From NCBI RefSeq assembly GCF_009914755.1, contig NC_060936.1: DNA of 64,000 bases. One strand, written 5' to 3'. Made by a program: the position numbers and the translations under genes. Positions within the stretch are counted from its first letter, which is position 1. Each line of letters starts with the position of its first letter. A model generated the notes under the pieces. The model made no database searches, was not told the origin of the DNA, and saw nothing but the letters and a program-made list of their open reading frames with translations. Shown piece after piece: positions 51,529 through 64,000 of the stretch. The DNA comes from the human T2T-CHM13v2.0 reference genome, Homo sapiens.

Positions 51529-53449
51529 TATCACATTGACAATTGAGTTTTAACATACAAATTTTGGAGGATACTTTCAGACTATATCACAAATAAATCT
51601 ATAATAGAAAAAATTAGAAGAGTGGGTGTTTATAGGAAATCAAGGGCAAGAGACTGGGAAGGCCAATGAAGGAAATGTCTGGGCTGTTGTTAATATTCTA
51701 TATCCTAGTAAGAATTTGATACGCAGATGTATATGTGTGTTAAAATTCAGCAAATGCACACTAAAGGTTTACATATTTCATTGTATGCAGACTTTAAAAC
51801 AAAAGGAAAAATACCCTAAACTATAGATAATACTATAATATATAACATATATCAATATATAGTTATTACATATGCTGATATAATAATAATATCAGTATAC
51901 CCATATCTGAGATTTATTTTGAGAAGTGACAAAAAAATGAAGTGGTTGATGGATGGCTAAAAGAATTTACATATGATAAATATAAAAACAAGTAGGTTAG
52001 AATGTTAGTTCTGAAATCGTGGTGAATATATGAGTATTCAATGTAAAATTCTTTCAAATCTCTAGTATATCTGGAAACTTTTGAAGTAAAATGTCATAAC
52101 ACAGGCCAACATGAAATCTATAGGAGGATAAAATTTTGAAGCAATATTGATAAACTCAATGTCCAAATGCATTTTTGGTGAATTAAATTGATATGGAAAA
52201 CAGAAATAAATATTAGGATTTAGAAAATTTGAAGAACAAAATTGTAACAGCTAGCTTTATCACAACAATGTTACATAACAACCCACTGAAAATTTCATAT
52301 CTTAAAATATCAGTTATTTATTATCATGGATCTGAGGTTGCCTAGGACTCCTTCGGGTTGCTTTCGGTGTAATGGCTTTGCCCTACCTTGGACGGATAAG
52401 TTAGATGGAGTATGCTTATTTCATGAAAATGGAAAAAGTACAACAAAACAATTGGAAATTTGTGAGATTTCGTAAGGCCTAGCTCCAAACTGGCAGACTG
52501 TTACTTCTGCCCACATGAAATTCACCAAAGCAAATTATATGACCAAGGCCAAGATCACCTGACAAAGACATACACTCTTTTCATGATGAGGCCATGAAAA
52601 AGATGAAGACAAAGAGAGGGAAAGAGGATTGGAGCTAACTGTGGAGTCTACTACAAATACAACAACATAACAAACATAGAACATTGCACCCCAAATAGCA
52701 GAATACAGATTATTTTTAGTTTCATACATCATATTTACAAAAATTGATTATTTGTTGAGCTATAAGGCATGTCTGAAGACATTTTAAAGCACCAAAATCA
52801 TGTGGAATATAGTCTCTGACTAGACGAAGTAAGCTACAAATCAACAACAAAACAATAACTAAGGCAATGAGAAATTAGAAAATACATTTCTAAATGACTC
52901 ATGGCTCAAATGAAAATATTTTGAACTCAATTATAACAAAATACTATATATCAAAGCCCATGGAATGTAGCTAGTCATTAGTAGGAGGAAATTAGTAGCC
53001 TAAAGTGCATATATTTAACCTGAAGAAAAGATAAAATATCAAGGATGTAAATATTTATGTAAAGTGTTTAGATACAAGGCAGAAAAGTTCATCAAATGAA
53101 AGAAGGAAGAAAACAATGAGAATATAAAATTAAATAATAAAGTAGAAAACGAAAATAGAAAAAATCAAGAACACTTAATTTGGTATTTGAAAAACTGATC
53201 AAATTGGTAAATTTCTTATGAATTTGATCAAGAAAAAATGTGAGAAAGGAGACACAAGATGAAGGATGAAATGGAAAAAAAATTACAGTTCCCATAGATG
53301 TTCAAAAACTAAATGAGGATTTTTAAGCACATTTATGTCAATAAATTTTGTTCACATCTTTCATCATTTAGCTAAATAATTTTCTATGTATGGTTATGCT
53401 TCTATAAAAATGTTTAAAAATAAATAAAATAACAACCTTGATAAAGTAA

Positions 53450-53650
53450 TAATTAGTGACCTTTACTGAATGCTGATTTTGTGTCAAAAATATTTCTAAT
53501 GTTTTGATTGACACATATCTCATTTAATTCTCACTAAACCCCTATGAGGTAGGTAAATTTGTTATTTCTACATTAAAAATAAGAAACCTGAGGCATAGAG
53601 AGTTTAAGTAATTTGAGACTAATTTGACCTAAGTCACAGAACTAAGCAGA
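53450..53650 (-). mobile_element. MIR SINE
   Basis: ctcatttaattctcac..aacccctatgaggtagg..ctgaggcatagagag. Confidence 0.75.
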
Positions 53651-56162
53651 ATATAAGCAATCAAAGAAAAAACAGCAAGACCACAGAAGAGCAGAGCTAA
53701 GGAAAGTGAAAACATAAAATAAAATCAGTACCTAAATGAAGACAAAGTGAAAGCAACACAAAGCAAAGCAAAATAAGTATGACAGATAACAATAAGGGAC
53801 AGAGAGGAATGAGGAAAACAGATGTATTAATCTGTCACAAACAAAGGGAAGATCGTGATTCCATAAAAAAGACATTGTGAATTAAGCAAAGAGGTTGCAT
53901 CAGTTAAGGATTCTAATATACTATATGTAAAATACGGTTTTTATGTGAAGCTGTAGTAACAAAATGCTTCACCATCTCTAACTTTCTGTTCATTTTACAA
54001 GCAGAAAAAAGATGGAAGCAACAAAACAATGGATATGGTGCCTATATCTGTAAATTTTAACATACTCTGAATGTTGTCTTCAATTTCCATCTCATTGGTC
54101 GGACATCACACAAGGAAACACTACTGCATTGAAAATTAGGAAATGTAGCAGGTGGCGGGTATTGGATAGAACATTGCCACACCAAAGAAAATTGCAATTC
54201 TCTTTGTACAGAAGGAGAGAATAGATATTGGAAAGAGTATTAACAGCCACACTTCAAGTTAAAGATAGAAGTTAGCAACATGGATGTCCCTGGTGATAAA
54301 CAGTTCCAGTAATATGGTAGGATTAGGAGCCAAATTAGAGTTACTGGGGTTAAAGGAAGGGTAAAGAGAAGTGAAGAAGTGTCAAAAGCATGCGAGGACA
54401 AAATTTTCATGAAATTTTACTCTAAAGGAAAGAGTAACTAAAGAAAATCTGAAGTACTGGATGAGCTTTAAGCACTACACAGTTATATAGACATACAATG
54501 TTTCACTTTTATTTGTTTTGTTTATAATGTTTTGAATTAAAATTTGTTCCAAAATCTCAAAATATGTTTATATATTCTCAAATATGAACATTAATATGAA
54601 CACAAATGTGTATATGCATAGACATTTCTGACTTCAGCTGCAAAATTTTCTATTTCTTAAATTGCAAAATTAGGGAAAGTATTCATGAAATGAAATAGAG
54701 ATCATGACTTATACAAAAAACAATTTACCACAAATGTTACCTTTGAGAATATTAATACAGCAGTGGCCTGTGGCCTGCTTGTTGACTTGAAACCATGTGG
54801 TCTATTGGGGAATCACTTTTTATTTCTCATTTGTAGAAGGGAATATGTGATCCCTACGTGAGTATTTTGTAAATATTATGCCTAAGAAATGAAATGATGA
54901 TGTGGCACTGCTGCTATTTTAAAAGATTTGTATTGAAAGTGGCAAATTTTTAAAAATTGGGAAAAGTTGATAGTGACAGTTGGAGTCTTCTGTTGCTGTT
55001 TCCCACTGAAGGTAAGGGCTGTGGAACATTTCAAACATGTGGACTAGAATTGGGAAGTAGGGTGAACTTTTTATGAACTTTCTGAAAAAACTGTGTTTAG
55101 ACAAGTGTTTATGATCAGTAGGTAGATCAGTCCAACCATATCTTTTATTGTAAGGAATGCATGAAGAATATTTAGTTGAGGAAAAATAATTTCCTTTTAA
55201 TTTTACTGAGAAATTCAGAATTATTGAATATTTAATTAATAACTTAGATTTCCAAGTTAAGCCTTTTCTAGATTTAAAGACAGAACAGAAGGAAACATTT
55301 GTTCTGTTTTGTGTTTTGTTTTTTGAATGTAATACTTTTTCTATGACTTGGCATTCAAATCGTGATGCCCCAATTGTTTTGCTGAAAATACTTAAAGATA
55401 AGAAGGTTAATTTTACCCAGTTGGTATCCTATTTTGTATTAAAACCAACTAATTAAATATTTTGTGTTTTACTCTTTATTTTTCTATGCATTATTCTTCT
55501 CCTGTGCAACAATACTCAGCATTAAGCTCAAGATGTTTATGAGTCCAATAAATATTAGCTTATTTGATTTAAATATTGACATATCTTTATTGAACACTAA
55601 CATTTGAAGTTATAAGGTCATTCAGAAGTTTAATGCACATTGGAGTTTAGTAAAAAATAGTAATATAGTTATTCTGTATGAAATTCATTCCATCTCTTCC
55701 TATGTTTTAGTGGTCATTTTTGCATAAGGGTTATCTTTGGTTTCCATAAAAATTTATAATTCTGGAATTGTTTAATTTTATGGAATGAATCACAGTCAGT
55801 CCAGGAGTCCAAAATGTTCATTTTAAAGAGACAATTTGTTGGATCCAATTATCTTACCTCTCCAGTCCAGCTAATTATTAACCCTAATCAAGTAAAGCTA
55901 CACACCATATTATCATATTTATAAAATGTCAATATCTTATAGCTGTAGTTGTAATAAGTATTAAGGCACCAATGTATAAACATATTAAACAGAAATTTGA
56001 AAAGAGTAATGATATATTTGGCATTTGTAATAGAAATATAACCAACTGACTTTATCTAAAATAATATTTATTCAACTAGATATGACAATAATGATATTGG
56101 CCAAGCCCAGAACAACTTGTAAGGGAAGCAGGTTCACTCAGGGCTTTTATGACAGTGAAAGC

Positions 56163-56270
56163 CTATGCCAAATTTTGTACAGTGGGAAACCACTCATAAG
56201 CAATGTCTAGTTTTGTACAGTGTGACTTCTCTATGCCTAGTTTTGTACAGTGTGACACCACTCATAAGCA
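56163..56270 (+). repeat. Imperfect local triplication (40-bp unit, partial unit, 40-bp unit)
   Basis: TTTTGTACAGTG x3; ACCACTCATAAGCA x2. Confidence 0.9.
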
Positions 56271-57699
56271 CTTATTACCAGACTATGACTGAATGTTGCA
56301 TCCAAGAAAAGCATATCCACGAGAGACTATGAGGGTGCTCCATGGAAAATGCTCTGAACAGCAACATAATCGTTGTCAGAATCTGAGTTAGGTACTACAG
56401 TGTATGGTTGCTTTCTTTTCTTTTTGTTAATGTCTAATAATTATTTCCAGATCTTTTTCTAGATATAGAACAATCTTACTTATGAGAAACCTGTTGAATA
56501 TGGTTCAGGAGGGCCTGAAACTGGTCCTGCCCCCACTACTACAGGTATGACACAAAGATTCGTTCAGAGATGGGCTCATAATATGTTATGTCCATCAGAA
56601 TCCTCCTTGAGGATATTATATTGAAGCAATTGGAATATACATTCCCTTCCATCTAGGTCACTATATGAAATGCAGTTCTAGAACTGGTAGTGTCAATCTA
56701 GTCCATTACATGGAACAAACTTGTTTGAGACAGAGAAAGAGATTATTTAAGCCCCTGTTACAACTATTCCAGAATTCAATAATAAACTTTTACATATCAG
56801 TTCTGTACACCAATAAATTGTGGTTTCTGATAATGCTAATTTGCTCTGGGTTTCTATTAACTGTAACTGCATGTATCTCAATTAATCCAGAACCTTTATT
56901 CATAGGCAAAGTGATCTGAAGCTTAAAAGGCACAGAAACATGAGAAATCATAAGAAGCGCAAAGTGAGGAGGAAGCAGAAGCAATTCAGGAAATAAGTTG
57001 GTTTTGGGGAAGGAATGAAGAACAGATGTCTAGAGATAGTAGCTATAAATTAAAGGCTAACCAGTACTGAATTATCTAAATCTTCTTAGAATCTAGTTTC
57101 AGTCTTTGTGATGCCTTGTACAACTATGATTTTTCTTATTCTAAGTTTGCGTGCCTTAGTTTCATATTTCCTCACAATATATTCCCCATTGGATCCTTGT
57201 AATAAGCTACCCCTGACCTCACTGTTTGCAGCTAACTTGAAAAATTATATTTTACTTGCATCTACAAGGGATAAATTAAGATAAATTATTTCAAAATTTT
57301 TAACAAAATACTCAAAATTTCCATGCTATGAATTGGTGTCGGTTATAGAAACATTTCAAACAGAGAAATTGTCGTTTTTTCTGAAAAATTTTATTTGATG
57401 GCAATCTATAAACAATACATTTTACGTAAAAATTCTCAATCTTAACAACTAAATTTATATCAGCATTTTTGTTTACATATTCTTTAGTCAAAATGCTATG
57501 AGACAAACAAAATTTTCAATTTGACTCAAATTTATGACTGCTAAGGTAATATTATGTAAATCACAACTCAGAGTCTAGAGGCAGGCCATGCACCAAACTC
57601 TGTATGATATATCACTCAATAGTGCAACCAAAGGCTCAGAATATATACAAATACATTTTAAAAAACAATGTGAAATAAACAAGTACTTACAACATACAA

Positions 57700-60120
57700 C
57701 TTACTGAAGACCACAAAAAAAGAGAAAGAAAAGAAAAAAGTGAAGAAATTGGATGTGTCCGAGGTACGGTTAAGTTGATATATAATACAAGCTGGAATTT
57801 TGCTGAGTTGGGAAGAGTAAGAAAGGAGACCCCGAAAGAAGGAATAACAGAGTAAAGAGCCCCACATCTGTACATGTATTCCACCAAAATTATTTTCTAA
57901 CTACTGAACTGCACACATACAGGGGAAACTTCAGAGAACTTAGTGAAAAGCAACAGCTGGAAGACTGAGATAAATGCATAGTTTCAACTGATGCCCACTT
58001 CTAGAAAATCAGAATTTTGAGTCTGAATCAAGCAAGTTAATAATTTATTCTACTAGAGTACAAAAAATCTTTTAAAAAAAGGTAAACTGCAGTCTCTACA
58101 ATGTGTTATTAACAATATTCACGATGCAATGAAAAGGTAGTAGACAATGGAAAAAATAAATTGCAACCCATATTTAAGAGAAAAAGCAGTCAACAGAAAC
58201 CAGTGGTAAAATACCTTGAATATTAAAATTAAATTACAAAAACTTAAATAATTATAGATAAAAAAGTTTGAGAACTTGAGCAAAATATGGTCATAATAAA
58301 TAGGTAGATAAGGGATCTCTGAAAAAAAAAAGACACTCTAGAAAATAGCCCAATGGAAATTTTCCAAATGAGCAAAACAATATGTAGTATTAAAAATGTT
58401 GCTATATATGGCAGAATAAATGGTTACGAAGTTTGAGAATATGTGAATTTTAAAAATATATCAGATTTGAATAGCAAAGATGGAGGAGAAGTTGGAAATA
58501 AAACAGTAGTCTCAGTGATTTTTGAGATTATATCAAGGGGTCTAAGATATTCATAACTGAAATCCGAGAAGGAAAGGAGAGAAATAACGAGTTGGGGAGA
58601 TGTTTAGAGGACATAGTTGTGTCCTTGGGACACAATACCACAGGTTGGGTAGTTTAAGCAACAGAAATTTATTTTCTTACAATTTTAGAGACTAGAAGTA
58701 CAAGATCAAGGTGCTGGCAGGTGAGGGTAGGTTTCTGTTGAGGCTTCTCTTCCTGACTTGTAGATGGCCATCTTCTTGCTGTGTCCTCACATATGGCCTC
58801 TTCTCTGTGCACGTGAGAGGAGAGAGAGAGAGAGAGAGATCTGTGTTGCTTCTGTCTCTGTCTCTCTTTTTTTTTTTCAAGGCCATCAGTCTTATTGAAT
58901 TAAGGTCCCACACTATGACATTATTTAATCTTTATTACCTCCTTATAGTGCCTGTGTCCAAATATAGTTATATTGGGAGTTAGGGCTTTAACATATACAT
59001 CTGGGGAGAATATAAATTAGTCCATAACAGAGGAAAGATGCCTGAAATTTTTTCTAAAGGTGGTGACAAACAGCTACCATCATATCAAAGATTCTCAGCA
59101 AACCCCGAGCAAGATACATACAAAACACACACACACACATACACACACAACTAGTTTTATTAAGTGATAAACTGTTAAAAATAAAAAATAAAGAGAATAT
59201 CCTAAAAGAAGACAGAGGAAAATATGTCAGATTTGATATATTATCTATAGGGGATTAACAATACAAATAACAACAGACTTCTGATAAAAAACAATAGAGG
59301 TCAGCTGATAGCGGGGTGACATCTTTAAGTGCTGAAATGATGTCTACTATGAAGTTAATATACAGAAAAAAATAATTATCCAAAAATAAGGGAAGTAAGC
59401 CAGGCAGAAAAACACAAATATCACATGTTCTCACTCATATGTGGGAGCTAAAAAAAAAAATCAAACTCACCAAGATAGAGAATAGAATGATGGTCACCAG
59501 AGGCTGGGAAGGGTCATGGGGAGACAGGGATAAAATGAGGATAGTTAATGAGTACAAAAATACAGATTGATAGAATGAATAAGATCCTGGATTTGGTAGC
59601 ACAATACCGTGACTACAGTTAACAGTAATTTATTATATATTTTAAAATAACTGAAAGAGTGAAATCGGAATGTTCCTAACAAAAAGAAGAGCTAAATACC
59701 TAATGTGACAATTACCCTGATTTTATCAGTACACAAAATATCACATGTACTTTATACATATATGTAACCATCATATACCCACAATAATTAAAAATAAATG
59801 TAAAATAAAAGTAAAATAAAGGCATTTTCAATAAATTTTCAAAACGAGTAGGTCGGCAGTGTTCAGTACTTCTAGAAGAAGTGCTAATACTTTTTTTCAG
59901 TCTGAAAGAAAAGTTTGAAGCTGCAGAAAGAAATGTGGCACATCATAAATGAAAAATATATACATAAGCATGCAACAATATTTTATTCTACTTATTTAAA
60001 ATAATTATATATGACCCTAAAGCAAAAATTATAATGCTCTTCTGTGGGAATTATAACATATGTAGATGTAATATATGTGATAACAACACACAAAAAAATG
60101 GGGATAACTGGAACGATACC
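57700..60120 (+). mobile_element. Old L1M 5'UTR/ORF1 relic interrupted by MLT1A and an L1MA 3' end (~59392-59820)
   Basis: ORF1-like A-rich tracts; taagccaggcagaaaaacacaaatatcacatgttctcactcatatgtgggagcta L1MA 3' end. Confidence 0.7.
58612..59029 (-). mobile_element. MLT1A0-like MaLR LTR
   Basis: caacagaaatttatttt..aagatcaaggtgctggcagg..gctgtgtcctcacat..agtccataaca; TSD GAGGA (58607-58611 / 59030-59034). Confidence 0.85.
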
Positions 60121-60329
60121 CTCTGAAGCAGGAATCTAGAGTTTAGACATGCTACACTTCACTTCCCCCATCTCTTTGATTGGTTTATACTGTATCACTG
60201 CTTCTCTTTGTAGTCTGTGAAAAAGTCATTCAACTTTCAAGTCATTTGACTCTATCCAATGTACCTTCCTGAGAATTTTTAGAGTAAACAAGTGCTGTAG
60301 GCTTCATTAACACCAATGATGTACTTGTT

Positions 60330-60510
60330 CCATTGTATTGTAACTACCATATATGACAATCCTCTGGAGACTCCTTGAGAACAGGCACTATAATTCCATT
60401 GTTCTGTGTACATGCTGTAGCTTTTACAAATATATCTACTTCCTGGAAGACACTAAATGTTCAATGACTAAAGAGATGATTAAATGAAGGAAAAAATGAT
60501 TGAATGAAAA
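60330..60510 (+). mobile_element. L2 3' end
   Basis: gactccttgagaacaggca...taaatgttcaatga..tgattgaatgaa. Confidence 0.55.
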
Positions 60511-62919
60511 TATGCATCATTGATTAAAAGAGAAATTAGCAAGAATAAAGAACTTTTAGGGAAAAGAAGCTAAGTTTGGGCATACCAAACTGGTGGTGCT
60601 TAAGTAGCAATCATGTCAAGATGTTACAAAAGCTCTGCAACATGGATTTGAATTTTAAGAGAAAGGCAGAATTTAGAGATATAGCTAGTGGTGATAATTG
60701 AGACTAATCGCATTACAGGAAAATAAAGTGCACAGAAAAGAAACACTCTTAGAAATCTCTTAAAAGTAACCTTCTTTTAGCTTTAATCATATGGCTGCTA
60801 ACCTCTGGCAGCCTAAAACTCTATCCAAAATTTATGTATTTCATCCAGCAAAAAAGATTTTAACTATATAAACTATGGTTGTCAATGGAAAAAATGTTTT
60901 AATATGTTACAGAAGGCTTATTGCCTAACCAGACTTGCTCTGGCTCTTTATTTTCATAAGTTAACTTCCTACTGTTTAAAATGCAGCTTTCTCTCTCCAT
61001 GAGTTCTTTATTATCTGCTTTCATGATTAACATCTGGCATCAATAATATGGTATTTTGGGAAACAATTTTAATCATAAGTCTTTCTTGAGGATCTGGGTT
61101 TGTTTGGGATTTTTTTTATTACTTACACATGCTATCATTCCTTTTCTTTCTTTCTTTTTAAAATTCAAAATTAAACATTGAGTAACTTTTTTCCAAACCT
61201 TGAGGTAATATTGCTTGTACTACATGAACTATAATGAACATTTGTGAGCTTGTCCAATTACTTTAACAGATGATTTGTCTTCTCCTGTGGAGAGATTTTG
61301 TTTTAGCAGTGATAATTTATTCACTTTACAGATGGTTTCCTGACATTGGAAAGACATTCTGTTTTCTATTTAATGAAAAAAGGTAAATGTGGACATGAAG
61401 ATTTTGGGGCCCAAACTAGAAAGAGTAGAATTATTGGAAACCTCCTAAAAATGTATTCAATCAAATACCCTTGGAACTTAGAACTGGAAGAGCAGTTAGT
61501 TTCATCAGTGTTTCAAGCTCACCATTATTTAATAAAAAAAATTCTAAGGCCCAGACAGAAAGACTATTCCATTTTGCTATCAGCAAGTGGCAAGGCCAGA
61601 ATGAGTTAAAACTCGGGTACCCTATTAAATTCTGTACTGTATCTACTACCGGGACAAATTTGCAATGCTATATACACATTAAAGCACATATTTTAACATG
61701 ACATTTTTCAAACTATGCCTTCACCTCCAATTACTCTTGATGCAGTCATGTTCAACTGCCCATTTTATAGAGAAGAGAAATTGAATTGGTAACAATGGGA
61801 GTAATTATATAAAGTCCATAGCTTCCCCACCCCACACTGGATATTTCCAAGAGGTGTCCTACATAGTCTTTCAGACAGCCCCCACTGTGTTTCATCCTCA
61901 GTTGTTGAACGTGGTACATTCATTACCACATTCTTCATTAATTTTTCTGGCTTTTCTGCCTCAATTACCCCTTAATTTACTCCAGGGATAACTTATATTA
62001 GCTGTCCACACCTAAATCCTTGTCTCAGAATCTAATTTATGGATATATAAAATTAGGACAAAGGGAGAATTGGGAAGTAAGTAATTTATCCTTTCCAGTC
62101 TCTATAGAGAAATGGGAAATAGAAACTGGGATTTGGGAATGGATTTTAGTGTAGCTAATCGATGATTTTTACTATAGCATCTGTTATTAATCACACTTAA
62201 CTAATGAAAGCATTATAGTCTAGATATGTTATAAGGAGTCTGAAATCAGACAAGAAGTGAGTCCGTGCTGTGACTGACAAATATAATCTATTATTTACTT
62301 GTCAACAATTATAGGATGTGAGAACACATTCCCTGTGGCTAAAATAAACTAGAAATAGAAGTGGGTCAAATTTCTTTTGTCTTATTTGATTCTACAATTT
62401 ATTTTCTCTACTTTGAAGACTGAGAATTAACATCTTTGATTTCTTATTTATAATAATTTTACTGGCTTATTTACATAGTTAAAGTTTCTATTACTATTTA
62501 CTATTCATGGGCAACATGAATTAGATCCATGTATACTTACAAAGTTATCTATACACTTTCCAGTTTACTTTTGGTGATTAAAAACAGCATTTTTTTCTTT
62601 AAATTTATTTTTCGTTTTAATCTCAGCTATAAACTCAATGACTATACTACCCTCTTAGACAAGGGCCGAACTGATTACAGGAAACTTATTCTACTAGGAC
62701 CTAAGACTCTGGTAGGAGTTCTAGTTTCTGATTTTTTTAAATGTCATATAGGCATAGCATAATATTTTTGACAAATTATCTTCTGCTCACTTTAGACTAA
62801 TTGTTTTCTTTGCCCTTTCTGTCATCTTGATGATTTTTGTAGCCACTGTATTACATAGCTTTTCACACTCCCTTTGACAAAGTATATGGCTCAATAAATG
62901 CTTATTAAAAGAATTGTGA

Positions 62920-63417
<498 letters not shown>

Positions 63418-64000
63418 TAAATACAATTTTGATAAATGACATTGTGTAATATGTACCATCTGGAATCAAAATACTTGCCATTTAATAAAATAGATACAGA
63501 ATGAATATTAGGGCATTTTTACAATATGATTGTAGAATAAGTATTCTTCTGATTTTAACAAATCATACATTAAAACAAATTTTGTTTGCCAACTTTTTTT
63601 GGAGGTACATAAAATATGAGAAATTAAATGTAAAACTAATTTTTCTTGTGAAATTTTCCTTTAGAGTTGCCAATAATGGAGACCATACAATTCTTTCCAG
63701 ATTTGCATTGGTTTGATTTTGTTGTATATGTGTGTATGTGTATGTGCATGCATGTGTGTGCAGTAAAATATGCAAAATGGGCTATCATTTTGGAACATTC
63801 ATTCTCATTTACCACTGTGCACAATTTAAATTTAGTAAAATTACAACATACTTTTGGCATGAAGTCCCTGAACTAATTATATGGTATTTAATTGCAAAGC
63901 TGATTGGTATATATTTACATGGCATCTGTAAAGATCATTTCAAATGACTGTGAGCTTATTATATTTTCTTGTGAACATGTTCAAATTCATAACTCTGTTT

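Larger units (their letters stand above)
50461..51589 (-). mobile_element. MSTD-like MaLR LTR split by MER2 (halves 50461-50776 and 51529-51589)
   Basis: Perfect TSD CAAAT (50456-50460 / 51590-51594). Confidence 0.82.
49590..53350 (+). mobile_element. Fragmented old L1M/L1ME pieces hosting the LTR nest; MLT1-like LTR at ~52242-52654
   Basis: A-rich L1 ORF2-like tracts (atagaacattgcacccca..gcagaatacag..) and L1ME 3'UTR pieces. Confidence 0.6.

Noticed and set aside
56163-56270. Repeat-spacer appearance resembling a CRISPR array
   Set aside because: Eukaryotic DNA; only three 12-bp cores, the spacers are themselves duplicated, and there are no cas genes.
56300-57270. Possible ERVL/MaLR internal and LTR relic
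   Set aside because: Too degraded to assign without a database search.

Overview
This is AT-rich mammalian DNA, and the Alu, L1PA, THE1 and ERV9 repeats point to a primate, almost certainly human. It contains the 5' part of EPYC (epiphycan, a class III small leucine-rich proteoglycan) on the minus strand. The gene comprises a TATA promoter, non-coding exon 1 (~28460-28539), exon 2 with the ATG (25914-26091) and exon 3 (1600-1774). The LRR-coding exons lie beyond the left edge. From recall this is the 12q21.33 EPYC-KERA-LUM-DCN cluster, so 28.6-64 kb is intergenic DNA towards KERA. The rest is mostly transposon relics. I found no other gene and no convincing new multi-gene system. The most unusual object is a 3.2-kb ERV9 leader-gag-pro-RT fragment in intron 2. 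It has no LTR, poly(A) or TSD, carries short direct repeats at both junctions and shows an apparent G->A bias. Other points of interest are a 62-bp dispersed duplication 11 kb apart, a solo LTR with a RUNX+TEAD motif cluster, a twin-primed inverted L1, a 4-level transposon nest, a perfect hairpin carrying TCF/LEF sites and several templated micro-duplications. Repeat subfamily names come from remembered consensus sequences, not from a search.
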